A stretch of 56,557 nt of DNA. It comes from Octopus bimaculoides (Eukaryota). The stretch lies in the NCBI RefSeq assembly GCF_001194135.2, contig NC_068984.1:140667352-140723908 (forward strand), read 5' to 3'. Made by a program: the position numbers and the translations under genes. This document shows positions 24,201-36,769 of this stretch, one piece after another. A model generated the notes under the pieces. That model saw only the letters and a program-made list of their open reading frames with translations, was not told the DNA's origin and searched no databases. Each line of letters begins with the position of its first letter. The stretch's first letter is position 1.

Positions 24201-25224
24201 NNNNNNNNNNNNNNNNNNNNNNNNNNNNNNNNNNNNNNNNNNNNNNNNNNNNNNNNNNNNNNNNNNNNNNNNNNNNNNNNNNNNNNNNNNNNNNNNNNNN
24301 NNNNNNNNNNNNNNNNNNNNNNNNNNNNNNNNNNNNNNNNNNNNNNNNNNNNNNNNNNNNNNNNNNNNNNNNNNNNNNNNNNNNNNNNNNNNNNNNNNNN
24401 NNNNNNNNNNNNNNNNNNNNNNNNNNNNNNNNNNNNNNNNNNNNNNNNNNNNNNNNNNNNNNNNNNNNNNNNNNNNNNNNNNNNNNNNNNNNNNNNNNNN
24501 NNNNNNNNNNNNNNNNNNNNNNNNNNNNNNNNNNNNNNNNNNNNNNNNNNNNNNNNNNNNNNNNNNNNNNNNNNNNNNNNNNNNNNNNNNNNNNNNNNNN
24601 NNNNNNNNNNNNNNNNNNNNNNNNNNNNNNNNNNNNNNNNNNNNNNNNNNNNNNNNNNNNNNNNNNNNNNNNNNNNNNNNNNNNNNNNNNNNNNNNNNNN
24701 NNNNNNNNNNNNNNNNNNNNNNNNNNNNNNNNNNNNNNNNNNNNNNNNNNNNNNNNNNNNNNNNNNNNNNNNNNNNNNNNNNNNNNNNNNNNNNNNNNNN
24801 NNNNNNNNNNNNNNNNNNNNNNNNNNNNNNNNNNNNNNNNNNNNNNNNNNNNNNNNNNNNNNNNNNNNNNNNNNNNNNNNNNNNNNNNNNNNNNNNNNNN
24901 NNNNNNNNNNNNNNNNNNNNNNNNNNNNNNNNNNNNNNNNNNNNNNNNNNNNNNNNNNNNNNNNNNNNNNNNNNNNNNNNNNNNNNNNNNNNNNNNNNNN
25001 NNNNNNNNNNNNNNNNNNNNNNNNNNNNNNNNNNNNNNNNNNNNNNNNNNNNNNNNNNNNNNNNNNNNNNNNNNNNNNNNNNNNNNNNNNNNNNNNNNNN
25101 NNNNNNNNNNNNNNNNNNNNNNNNNNNNNNNNNNNNNNNNNNNNNNNNNNNNNNNNNNNNNNNNNNNNNNNNNNNNNNNNNNNNNNATATATATATATAT
25201 ATATACATACTAGATGTACCTGCT

Positions 25225-25510
25225 GTGACACCCACGATAAACATCGCCCTTTCGAAGCCTAGCCAGGCTCATGGGCCCAGTTTATATGGTGTATGTGTTC
25301 CCCCCGCTGGACGGGACACCAGTCCATCATAGCGTTACTCAAGAAACAGGAAGAAAGAGTGAGAGAAAGTTGGGGCGAAAGAGTACAACAGGGGTTGCCA
25401 CCACCCCCTGCCGGAGCCTCGTGGAGCTTAGGTGTTTTCGCTCAATAAACACTCGCAACACCCGGTCTGGGAATCAAAACCGCGATCTAACCACTAGACC
25501 ATTGCGCCTC
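25225..25510 (-). mobile_element. SINE family C variant with a different 3' half
   Basis: Matches the 8560 copy up to TTCCTGTTTCT, then diverges. Confidence 0.65.
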
Positions 25511-25539
25511 CTTGTGATACCCACACCAAGTTGAAAATG

Positions 25540-26215
25540 TTGATGCATCGTAGGAAAGGAAAAATAATATTTTGAACTTGATGCAATAAAATTCTTAAAT
25601 AATACAGTTCTTCAGCCTTTGGTGTGACAACATAAACACGACCAAGTGTTTCTTCTTTGAAAGCGTTTAAATGGACTTCGACATTTTTTTTCCTCGCTTT
25701 CTTCTTTGCCAATCTTTGTTACTTCTGTTCCAAGTGAACTACATGGTTACTCCAGCATAAAGTAAGGTTTTTGCANNNNNNNNNNAAGTGAACTACATGG
25801 TTACTCCAGCATAAAGTAAGGTTTTTGCAAAGTCATGATTGACGTACAATGAAAAGAATTCTGTCAATGTTGTTCTCATATGTCATTCATAGACAACCAT
25901 ACATATCCTCATTATTTCTGAGCAATATTCTTTGTTCATCTGGGAGATGAACTCACAGTCTCACTACTGCAGGTGCCCTTTCATGAACTGAAAATCCTAA
26001 AATAGATACAACTGCTTCCAGTGGTCCAATATAACAACCCATTAGATAGTGACTAATTCTGTTATCATTGTTTATTTGAACAATAGCTTGGTCATTTCTT
26101 TTCTGAGTGTACTTGAAGTACTTAACTGACCTCACTGAGGTACTAATTTTAATGCTGCAGTGACATTTGAATACTCTTAAAAGAGTCTTTTTATAACGTA
26201 CAATCCATTTGTTCA
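25540..26215 (-). mobile_element. Helitron Rep-domain remnant
   Basis: YIGPLEAVVSILGFSVHERAPAVVRL and LGRVYVVTPKAEELYYLRILLHQV resemble conserved Helitron Rep blocks. Confidence 0.75.
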
Positions 26216-26268
26216 TTATTTACATTATTTACATTTGACAGATATTTGGCCTCGTTTTGTTTGTTGTT

Positions 26269-26314
26269 AACACAACGTTTCGGCTGTTGTACTTTCCAGC
26301 CTTCATCAGGTGTT
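26269..26314 (-). ncRNA. Minimal type I hammerhead ribozyme
   Basis: Intact core; stem I AACAC/GTGTT is fully Watson-Crick; loop II GAAAGTACAA. Confidence 0.7.
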
Positions 26315-26506
26315 CTGGGGGGGGGGGGGAATTTCGAACCTGGGTATTNNNNNNNNNNTGCCAATGTTATTTTTGTTGTTGTTGTTGTTATTATTATTAT
26401 TATTATTCAGGTCACTGCCTGGAATCGAACTCGGACCTGAATAATGATAACAACAACAACGGAAAAATACCTTAGGAATGAGAACCCAGGTTTGAAATTC
26501 CCCAAG

Positions 26507-26552
26507 GACACCTGATGAAGGCTGGAGAATACATCAGCCGAAACGTTGTGTT
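26507..26552 (+). ncRNA. Minimal type I hammerhead ribozyme
   Basis: Intact core and stems; loop II GAGAATACAT. Confidence 0.7.
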
Positions 26553-27487
26553 AACAATAAACTAGATGAGGACAAATATCTGTCAATTGTAAATAATGTA
26601 CATAATTCCTCATCTCTTAAATATAGAGCTGAACCCATTTGTTGTTTGTTTTTCCACCCGTCCCATTGCAACTGATCTTTGTCTATAAAAAGATAGTCTC
26701 TCTGTTTTTCAGCCTTTTGAATAAGATGATAAAGATTTAGAAATGCAATATTTCTGATTCATATCTTATTTTAAATAAAATAGTAGTGTTCCTCTTGAAG
26801 AAAAAAAAAAAAACACTCAAGTACCCCGTGATTCAAAAAATATCTCATAAAAATATAAGAATTTCTTTCTTTCAGTCTCCAGGATTTGAAATTTGTATCA
26901 ATGATTAAAGGAAAAAAAAAGAAAGTAAGGCAAAAGCTGGTAGCGACCGATGACTCTTTGAAGTGTCAACATTTCCAATTTCATTTTTTTTTCTTAAAGG
27001 GGGAAATGACTATTTTATTTGAAATCTTTATCAATTTAATCAAATGACAGGAAAACNNNNNNNNNNNNNNNNNNNNNNNNNNNNNNNNNNNNNNNNNNNN
27101 NNNNNNNNNNNNNNNNNNNNNNNNNNNNNNNNNNNNNNNNNNNNNNNNNNNNNNNNNNNNNNNNNNNNNNNNNNNNNNNNNNNNNNNNNNNNNNNNNNNN
27201 NNNNNNNNNNNNNNNNNNAAATGGAGTAAAACGCATATGTTAAATGAATTCGAAACATATGTTGGAAATAAAAGAATTCATTTAACATGCATTTTACTCC
27301 ATTTACTAAATTTGTATATTTACTCAAGTACCCAAAATAACAAGGAGTTTCTACCTCATAAACAGGAGTTACACCACAGTCATTTTGTGATCTTTGCTAC
27401 CCTGGTATCTATTAACCAATTTATTTTGTCGAGGTTAATTATTAACTTAGAGAAAATAAATACATATAATATATATATATATATATC

Positions 27488-27539
<52 letters not shown>

Positions 27540-29305
27540 CACACACATAATTCTTTTCTACTCTAGGCACTAGGCCCGAAATTTGGGGGGAGGGGGCCAG
27601 TCAATTAGATCGACCTCAATACGCAACTGGACAAGCACTTAGTAGTTACTGACCCAGTACATCTAACTCAGCTTTCACTAACTCTAACTTCATGTATTCT
27701 CCCTTTCACACAATGGATCTGTCCACCAGTGGGAACAGTAAAATTGATGAATGTCATGGGTGTTTAGTGTAATCCTTTCTTTGCTTATAGCTTGGGAAGG
27801 AATGAGTTTCACCACGCTGATTTTCTCCAAAATTTCCTGTGATATGTTTACAACACAATGAAGACCTTACCATCTATTTGTGTTATTATTTTACATACAG
27901 TTGCGTGACATTCTTTATATCAACCAGAGATCAAGGTGACTGTCACCTTATTCAACAGCACTCTTCCCCCAGTAGCATTGATGCAACCGAAAAATGTCTG
28001 AGTTCTTTTGGCCTATACAATAGTAAACTTTTATTATATACATGTACTTTTATATGCACTAGTATGAACATATATGCATGTATACGAGAGGAAGAAAACA
28101 AAAAAAGTGTACTAAGTGTTGCTGGACTTGTGTTTGTTTAACACATTTTGTTAAATGACAGTCAATTCCTGAAAGCAGCCCACGTTTCTACACTTTCGTC
28201 TTTAGTGACAAAACAACTTCTATTGAATGAGTGACCAGATTACTTTAGTTTTATACAGTTGAGAGTTCTTATAAAAGGGAGATCATTAATACATTGTATA
28301 ATAGTGTCTAACCCATGCCAGCATAGACAATGGACGTTAAATGATGATGATGATGGCAGGGAATTGCCATCCTTCAACAATGAACATTCCGTTATTTGAT
28401 TAAGTAAATAACTTGTTCTTGAATTAATTTGTGAGTGGCTTAGCATTCTTCAGATATGCACACCCTTAACATGACTCTTAGGCAGTACAGCTGAATGCAC
28501 AAGAAGTCCACTATGCAGCGACAGAATCCTGGGTTCAATCCAGCTCGATGGTGGTATTTAGGTCAAATGTCATTTTCTATAGTTTTGGTTCAACCTATAT
28601 TTTGTGAGTATAATTGGGTGGCTGGAAACTGAATAGAAGCCTGTTGGGTAGATTGCTCCAGAAATTCGAAAGGTACAGCAGTCAACTGAACACAGTGAGT
28701 GATTGCATAAAGGGTCAGGCATTAAAATAAGAAGTCATTGAGTTGTGGTTAAGAAATGAAAAAGAGAAGTGTGTAATGTGAGTAGAGAGTCTTGTTGAAG
28801 GAGAGAGTGTGAAGTGTCATTAGGTGTACAATTAGAGAGACTTGCTAAAGAAGAGTGTGATTTAGTGTTACAAAGGAAAGAATAAAGGAAAATTACCATA
28901 TACAAAAGATGAATACAAAAAACAAACACCAAGGGCTAAAACATAGAGGGGACAAACAAGGACAGACAAAGGGATTAAGTCGATTACATCGACCCCAGTG
29001 ATTAACTGGTACTTATTTAATTGACCCCGAAAGGAAGAAAAGCAAAGTCAACCTTGGCAGAATTTGAACTCAGAACGTAACGGCAGACGAAATACTGCTA
29101 GGCATTTCGCCTAGCGTGCTAACATTTCTGCCAGTTTGCCACCTTAAATGATGATGATGATAATTATAATGGTTATGATAATGATGATGTAAATAAGACG
29201 AAGGTGTTGACAATTATGATGATGCTAATGGAGAAGTGATAGTATAAGACAGTGAAGATATGATAATGGTAGTTATGATGGATCTACTAATGTGCTATGA
29301 TCTAA

Positions 29306-29600
29306 AGAACTTTGGTCTAAAGTGACTTTTGGATAAATACACTATAGTCTAAAGTCATTTTTGTCTAAATGCCCTTTAGTATAAAGAAATTTTTGTCTAA
29401 ACTCACTTTGGTCTAATAACTATTTTGTCTAAAGAATCTAAAAAAAAAAATGTAAAAGACCTAAATAACTAAACTCTAATGAACCATTTTGTCTTTAGAC
29501 AAAAATGCTTAGACAAAAGTGTCTTTAAATGAAAATGCTTTTAGACCGAGGTGTCTTTGACCGAGGCACCTTAGACCGAAGTGTCTTAGACCAAAGTGCT
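29306..29600. mobile_element. Foldback element with short subterminal repeats
   Basis: Left arm has repeated GTCTAA units, right arm repeated TTAGAC units; ends ACTTTGGTCTAA / TTAGACCAAAGT. Confidence 0.55.
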
Positions 29601-29776
29601 GTATCCTGTTATGAAACAGGAAAACTTATGTTGGTGGTGGTGATGACTATGATGGTGATATTTGTTGATGACAGTTATGATGACAATCGCAATCATCTTG
29701 ATGACAATAAAAATGTTGACAGTTATGATGATATGACAATGATAAAGTAGTAGTAGTAACAGCAGTAGTGGTAGTT

Positions 29777-31143
29777 TACGAGGTGGTATCCAAATGTTCC
29801 CGGACTAGCTATGTTTAATAAAAAATAACATATTTACCAAAGTTTTAACACCATCTCCTTTGGAATAATCACCTCACACAACAGTACACCATTCCCAGGG
29901 TTCCCGTCACTTTTGGAATCCAGCCTGGATGTCGTTTTCTGTGAGTCGAGGACCTTCAGCAATTCACTCCAGATCTCGACAATGGTGCTTAAACGGTGAC
30001 CTTTGAGCTGCATTTTCATCTTGAGGAAGAGCTGGAAGTCTGCAGGTGAATAGGACAGCTGTGGAAGTGGTACCATGTTGTTTTTGGTGTGAAACTTACG
30101 AGTGAGGAGAACCCGGTGATGAGGTGCATTGTTATTGTGAATCCAATTTTTTGCCCTTCACAGATCCGGTCACTTTTGCCGAATGTCCCTCCCTCAAATG
30201 CTTCAAAATGTTATAATAGAACTCTCGAATGATGGCCTGACCCTGTGGGGTGAATTCTCAATGCACAATAGGCACAGGAGTGGCTGTGTGGTAAGTAGTT
30301 TGCTTACCAACCACATGGTTCTGGGTTCATTCCCATTGCGTGGCACCTTGGGCAAGTGTCTTCTACTATAGCCTCCGGCTGACCAAAGCCTTGTGAGTGG
30401 ATTTGGTAGATGGAAACTGAAAGAAGCCTGTCGTATATATGTATGTATATAAATATATATGTATGTGTGTTTGTGTGTCTGTGTTTGTCCCCCCCAACAT
30501 CGCTTGACAACCGATGGTGGTGTGTTTACTTCCCCGTAACTTAGCGGTTCGGTAAAAAGAGACCGATAGAATAAGTACTAGGCTTCCAAAGAATAAGTCC
30601 TGGGGTCGATTTGATCGACTAAAAAGGCGGTACTCCAGCATGGCCGCAGTCAAAGGACTGAAACAAGTAAAAGAGAATACTGTGGATGCCAAAAAAAAAA
30701 AACAAAAAAAACGATGGGGATGCTCCTGATTGAGCTATGGCCCTATTGTGCCTTTTGAAGCATCTGTGCCCCTCGAAACATTGCACATGACCCATTGCCT
30801 CGTCACCGTCAGCTTGCCGAAGCATGCCTAATGTCTCTGTAGCAGACTTCCCAAGTTTAATGGAAAAATTTCCTGTTGGCTCTTTGTTTTAACTTCCTGT
30901 CCATGACAAAACTTGCAGACTACAGCATACATCATCATCATGTGATCATCATGTGATCATCATGTGATCATTATGTGATCACAAAGACACAAATTTCACA
31001 ACTTGTGAAGTAAACACAGCGATGTCACTCAGTGCACTGTCACATGAAGGTCATTGCTAGCTCTCACTGTGCACATAACCACGTGCTGCTATCTGTGGGC
31101 ACCCTACAGAACTAGTCAGGGAACTTTTTGATACCACCTTGTA
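29777..31143 (-). mobile_element. mariner element with about 30-bp TIRs, TA target site and nested SINE
   Basis: TACGAGGTGGTATCCAAATGTTCCCGGACTAG ... CTAGTCAGGGAACTTTTTGATACCACCTTGTA; fragments LGKSATETLGMLRQADGDEAM and YSPADFQLFLKMKMQLKGHR. Confidence 0.85.
30271..30676 (+). mobile_element. SINE family B nested in a mariner element
   Basis: Full-length copy interrupting mariner transposase remnants. Confidence 0.8.
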
Positions 31144-31170
31144 ACTCCTTAACCGAGGGAGTCTACCTAC

Positions 31171-31362
31171 CTTCTGTAACAACTGCCCCATTCATATCAG
31201 GAGTTTGTTTGGAATATTCGGAGTGTGTGTTAACAACCTTGGCACTGGTTATGCTCTCCTCGAATGCAGTATCAAAGTCTTCTCCAGGGTCCAGGGAAGA
31301 CGTGGTGGTGGTGGTGGTGGTGGTGGTGGTGGTGCTCTCTCTACTGAGGTTACGGTTGTGCC
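31171..31362 (-). CDS. COBL: COBL-like exon with poly-Thr tract (GHNRNLSRES T11 SSLDPGEDFDTAFEES...VVTE)
   Basis: Acceptor ttttccag, donor gtaggt; 192 nt, phase 1-1, open frame. Confidence 0.75.
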
Positions 31363-31835
31363 CTGGAAAACCAAATGGTGGGGGTGGATGCTTGCAGAGC
31401 AGTCATACTGATGGTGGTGGGAGGAGGAGGAGGAGGGATACAAGAAACAATAACAGAAACTTGAAAATAACTTATTTTAACTGGTGATAGGAAAGAAGAA
31501 GAGGAGAAAGTCTCTAAGCCCCAGCTTGTGGATAAAAGATGTTACCTCAAACCAAAAATTACAGACATTTAATGGTGCTGAGGAGATAAAAAAAAAAGGG
31601 CCTTTGGTTCAATATTACAGGTTCTGCTTAATATTGGGAAAATAGTTAAACTTATACTCCCTAAAAACCTGGGTGGCATTTATCCCTCCATTACTCCCTG
31701 GTATTTAACACATCCCTGTAGATCCCAGCTATTTCATTGCCAACTTATTTAGTCTTCATTACTCTCACCTCAAGGCTGTATTCCCCCTTAATCAGCACAT
31801 TGCAATATTTAATTAAGAAATATCAATATTCAATA

Positions 31836-32043
31836 GGCATGGGTGTGGCTGTGTGGTAAGAAGCTTGCTTCACAACCACATGGTTCCAAGTTCAGTCCCA
31901 CTGCGTGGCACCTTGGCCAAGTGTCTTTTGTTATAGCCTCGGGCTGACCAAAGCCTTGACTGGTTTTGGTCGACAGAAACTGAAAAAAGCCCATTGTATA
32001 TATAAGTGAGGGCGTCTGTCTTCCCCCCCTACCACTGCTTGAC
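31836..32043 (+). mobile_element. SINE family B, 3'-truncated
   Basis: Head and CORE-like block present. Confidence 0.7.
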
Positions 32044-32595
32044 ATGTTGTTTGGCTGTTGTGAGCATGCTCACATTTTCGAGATAGGAAGCTTCACACTA
32101 GGGAGAGAGAGCACTGCGTGAATGACAGTGCTAATCCCAGTGTTCTGGTAAAAAGTAGTATTTCTTTTTGACACTGCGTGTGTTGTGCTTAAAAACGTGC
32201 TTATATTCTTGAATGTGATAAAGTGTAGAATTAGATTATTATCCTGCTCCCAGCTTCAGTGTTGCTGCAAGGATTTGAAAAATAGGACAGATTCCCCCTC
32301 CCCCTTATTTTGTGATTTAGTGGGGATTTTTGGAAAACAAGGAGGAATTCACAGTGGTGTTCAGTGAACAAATTAAACCCACTACCCGGCAGTGGCTAAG
32401 ACGTGGACTGATCAAATTTATGTACAAATTTTCTTTTTATATGTTTATTTCCTTTTACACAATATTAAAACAACAATTAAAAATTTTCTGAAGCACCCCC
32501 CCCCCCCCCCACTAATTTTATCTATGAACCGCCACTGGTACTGTACATGAACCTTTGATGAATTGTAGTGCACCTAAGCACTACACACAATCATT

Positions 32596-32639
<44 letters not shown>

Positions 32640-33140
32640 CATTGCTTGGGATGCCATATGCAACTACTATATACTACCAACTAGGTTAAAGGCTGATAAA
32701 TCAACACTGTGTCCCACCTGTGTTACTAGTGTGATTAAATTACTTTTTAAAGTCACTTCTACAGGTTTTCCATAGAAATTAGAACTAGCACTGAAAGTTA
32801 ACTTTCATATATGTAAACATCCGTATGTAAACAATGTGATCAAAGATATAAAATGCGATTGAAAACAGAAGACAGGCATTGTTTACATAGATGTATTTGT
32901 AAATGAAACATTGTAACTTTCAGTGTTGCCTCTAATTTCTATAGATTTTCTATAGAATAAATAACTTTAAAAAGTAGACTGAACCTGTTATGTTTAATAC
33001 CACCACCAGGCACCTTGGATCCTATTAACAGAGTTTGCTCTGTCGCAAGCATTCAGGCTAGGTTTCTTCCCTTCTGCTGGTCTTAGAGGCCCTGCTAAGG
33101 GTTACAGAAATAAAGGGTACATAACTTACTTGGGTTAGAC

Positions 33141-33381
33141 CAGAGGTTCTCAACCAGGGTTCATATGACTCTTAGAGGTCATATGCAGATTTTGTTAAAA
33201 TTTGCAATAAATTTGTTACACTCCTTCAATGCACAAAATATTTTAATCTTTTTTACACAATTCCTAATATCATATTTATATGATAAGATTTTTAAAACAT
33301 CAAATGATTATGGGGATCCAATAGAGCAAAAGAGGAATCAAAGGGGTTTCATTGGTAAAAAGAAATGGTTGAGAACCACCA
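33141..33381. mobile_element. hAT (Charlie-like) MITE
   Basis: CAGAGGTTCTCAACC ... GGTTGAGAACCACC termini. Confidence 0.55.
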
Positions 33382-34064
33382 GACTGGACAGAAGGTTAGC
33401 CAGTAATAAAAAAAAAGAAGCTAATGGTGATTGAGGTAAGAATTTCAAACTAATCAATAGCAATTACAATCATTAGGATTTATAAGTTTAATGGTACTTG
33501 GGGTGGGGGAAGGGGCATTGTCAGTAGAGTGAAATATAAATATTAATAGTTTAAGGGGCAACAGATGAGAAAAAAATGTTAAGGATATTGATGAGGAAGT
33601 TTTAAAAGGAAACTGAAATCAAACAGGTAACTACGACAACAAGCACCATGAGATGTAGTGTCAATGTCACAATAGCGAGGTGTAGATAGAGGCTGTGAGC
33701 AACAGGGGAGTAGCAAACAACAACAACAACAATAACAAAGTGTAGTAACTGTGAAGAAGAAGAACAACAACAAGGTGTATTAGCCATGAACAAGGGAGTA
33801 GTGAAGAACGAGATGTGCAGTTATTAATAACAACAACAACACTAATGGTAATGAGAGAATCCTCTCTCTCACCCTCGCTCCCTTTATCTTACTCTCCCAC
33901 TCACTTTATTCTGCTTTCCTGCTGGGGTATCCATGTAGCTACTCTACAGCAAGACACCTATGTCTGTGCCCTCTGTACCTGAACTGACCCAAAACCAAAC
34001 CCATCAATACTACCCCTCTCTCCATTCCAATTGAGGGGGTTTGCGTTTTGCAAGGTACTTGGTG

Positions 34065-34320
34065 ATTCTCTCAGTACTGGTGCCGCATAAAAAGCACTGG
34101 TGATGGTGCCACGTAAAAAACACTGGAGATGGTGCCATGTGAAAAGAACTGGAGATGGTGCTACAGAAAAAGCGCCTATACACTCTGTTAAGTGGTTGGT
34201 GTTAGGAAGGGCATCCAGCTATAAAAACTATACCAGAACATACCATGGAACCTTGTGCAGCTCCTGTGAAACTGTCCAACCTATGCCAGCATGGAAAATG
34301 GATGATAAAGGATGATGAGA
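34065..34320 (+). mobile_element. Degenerate RTE 3' fragment
   Basis: AGGAAGGGCATCCAGCTATAAAAAC...ATGCCAGCATGGAAAA. Confidence 0.6.
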
Positions 34321-34799
34321 GAAAAGATTTTTGAAAGGAAAAACAATACAAAAATTGGGAAGATGGTAACGCCATTTAACATCCCTTTTCCATGTTGGCA
34401 CAAGTTAGATGGTTTGACTAGAGCTGGTAAAACCTAAATTGGGAATTTTTGTGTATCAGAGTCTTAAGTTTAGGAAGTAAATGTTATATGTGGTAGGGGC
34501 ATAGAGATGAAGCCAGATAAAGGTAGACTCTGGATGAATGATGAGACAACTTGTGAGTCACATGAGTCCTGATAAAAATTGAAAGAGAGGAGGGTTTGAG
34601 GTGATAAGTGAGGGTATTTTGATGTAAGAAGAGTAGGTAGGATGAGATGACAAAGGCAGCTCGAGGTGAAAAGTGAACATAGAATTGAAGTGACGAGGAC
34701 AAAGTGAGGTGAGAAGGTAATTTATGAAAGCTTGAAGTTAAAGGAAGAGGTTAATAGATAGGGTTGACTGACTGAAAAGAAGGGTTATATAATATAGAA

Positions 34800-35150
34800 T
34801 AATGAACTTATTGTAGACAGTGCTCAGGTGCACTACAACTCATCAGAAAAGGTTTATGAATGGTGAAGACCAGGAAGTGAACAGTGAATGAGTTGTTAAA
34901 AGCAAAAAAAAAAAAAAAAAAAAAAAAAAGAGGGTAGAGGGGGTGGGTGGGACATGAAGTGTACTGTTGATGAATTTCAGGAAACAGAAGTTTTAAAGGA
35001 TGTAGTGCCCCAACAGTTAACAACTGATGCGGGTAATTTATTCCATGCTTCAACAATTCTGAGCACGAAAAGTAGAGTTGAAGAGACAAGAGAGTTCAGA
35101 ATTATATGTGAAAATAGTCAAAGAGATATAAGTATCACTTCAAGACATGT
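34800..35150 (-). mobile_element. CR1/L2-like LINE 3' end fragment
   Basis: Minus strand RIVEAWNKLPASVVNCWGTTSFKT resembles CR1/L2 ORF2 C-termini. Confidence 0.55.
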
Positions 35151-36128
35151 AATAGCAAAGAAATAGGAGCTTCAAAGTTGAAGTTAATTTGTTAGAAAAA
35201 TGAAAGGAATAGGTGAGAATTCAGAGAAATTCAAATTTTCAAGATTGTCTTGAAGATTTTGCACAAGCAACACCAAAATCAGTCAAAATACAAGAATATC
35301 GAAAACTTGTTTCTCTGTCGTGTTATTGTATAATGAAAGATCACATGACATCTAATGGTTTAAAGGCATATTTGAAGGTAATCTTGGATTACTGGATTAC
35401 CAAACCAATTCCACTTATACTCTATTACTGAAGAATTACACTTAAGAAAATAGAAAAGTTTCCATTATAAAAAAAAACAAAAAAACATTTGCTTGATGTG
35501 CTAAAAATAACAGGAGAATCTGCTCAAAATCTCATCCCAGTAGCTTTGATAAAAAAGAAACATTGACCATGTAGAACTGGACACACCACAGCTGAAAATC
35601 GAGATATTATGGTCATGGCTGGAAAGGCTGATCACTGGTATCTTAGATCAAATGAGCCTAAGCTATAGCTTCTCTACCTATCAAACCAATAATGTAGTTT
35701 CGAAGTGGTTACTCAGCCTGGGGTTAAACAATGACAAAAATGAGTCAAGCTTCTATGTGGTTGCTCAACCAGTTATGACCTTTAGGCCAGCTGCAGTCTC
35801 CAGACCAGTAGTAAATTTTAGCCCAGCTATGATTTATTCCCAGGCCAACTGTGACCTCTCTTCAGTTAGGTGTGGTCTCTACACTAGCCATGATCTTCAG
35901 ATAAGCTCTAACTATCCAGGCCATGGTCAAATGTGACTGTTAGTCAAGCTGTGGTCTCCAGATCAGTTGTGATCTTCAATGGGATTAGTCTATATTTTCA
36001 AAGTAAAAGAGACAAGCACTCTTCCTTATATTGTTATACCTTTCCAAAGATCTGACTCTAGAAATAACTGTTGTTGCTGTCGGCAACTTAGAGGGAAAGG
36101 AAGTGACGCTGTCCAAAGTTTTACTTAC

Positions 36129-36524
36129 CATTGACTGGAGGGGGAACATCAGTAGCGGCCAAAGACAGAGAATCTTCAGCAATGCCAACACTCTTGTCAA
36201 CCTTATCATACTCCATTACTGTGATGGGACTTGGGACATTGGATGGGGGTTCAGAAGGTGGTGGTGTGAGGGGAGGAGGAGGTGCAACAAAGGAACACGG
36301 ACGCTGTATTTTAGTCAGCTCTTCTAAACTATCAGACAGATCTGTTGCAGCTAGGGTGGAAGCGTCTGCAGGGTGTGCCATTCCATCAGTGCCATCTACT
36401 AAGGTGCATGCATCGGGTGCAGGTGTGTCAGCAATTAAGTCAGGGTCTTCAAGATTCTTCTCATCATTTTTGAAGTTATATTCTAGAACATCAGAATACA
36501 TTGTGTGTTCTTTGAATGAGGAGC
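36129..36524 (-). CDS. COBL: COBL-like exon, acidic/Pro-rich (GSSFKEHTMYSDVLEY...VPPPVN)
   Basis: Acceptor atttccag, donor gtaagt; 396 nt, phase 1-1, in frame with ORF 36121-36501. Confidence 0.8.
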
Positions 36525-36769
36525 CTGGAAATATGGGAAATTATAGTTGAACGAAAGACAAGACACAAAGAGCAGTGATTGGCAAATTAGGAGGGGAAGC
36601 AAGAAGAGAATAAATTGAAAAAGAAAATAGCTGTGTGGATATGTCTGAGTATATAAACTGATTTCTCAGTTCATACAAACAAACAGCAAATGCACAAGAC
36701 TGAGAAATCCAAAAACAATACCATAGAAGAACAAGCACCTTTCTGAGTGGTATCCTTAGTAAAGCTACA

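Larger units (their letters stand above)
26215..26630. mobile_element. tRNA-head/PLE-hammerhead element, inverted pair
   Basis: Minus copy runs from the B box through (AAT)n and a 10-N gap to hammerhead and tail. Plus copy 26424-26630 runs from GACCTGAATAAT through hammerhead to the tail. Confidence 0.75.

Noticed and set aside
25732-25829. 44-bp direct repeat flanking a 10-N gap
   Set aside because: Typical unmerged contig overlap artefact.
31249-31443. Poly-Pro ORF, attractive for an actin regulator
   Set aside because: The upstream exon ends in phase 1, forcing the poly-Thr frame; the poly-Pro frame stops before the donor.
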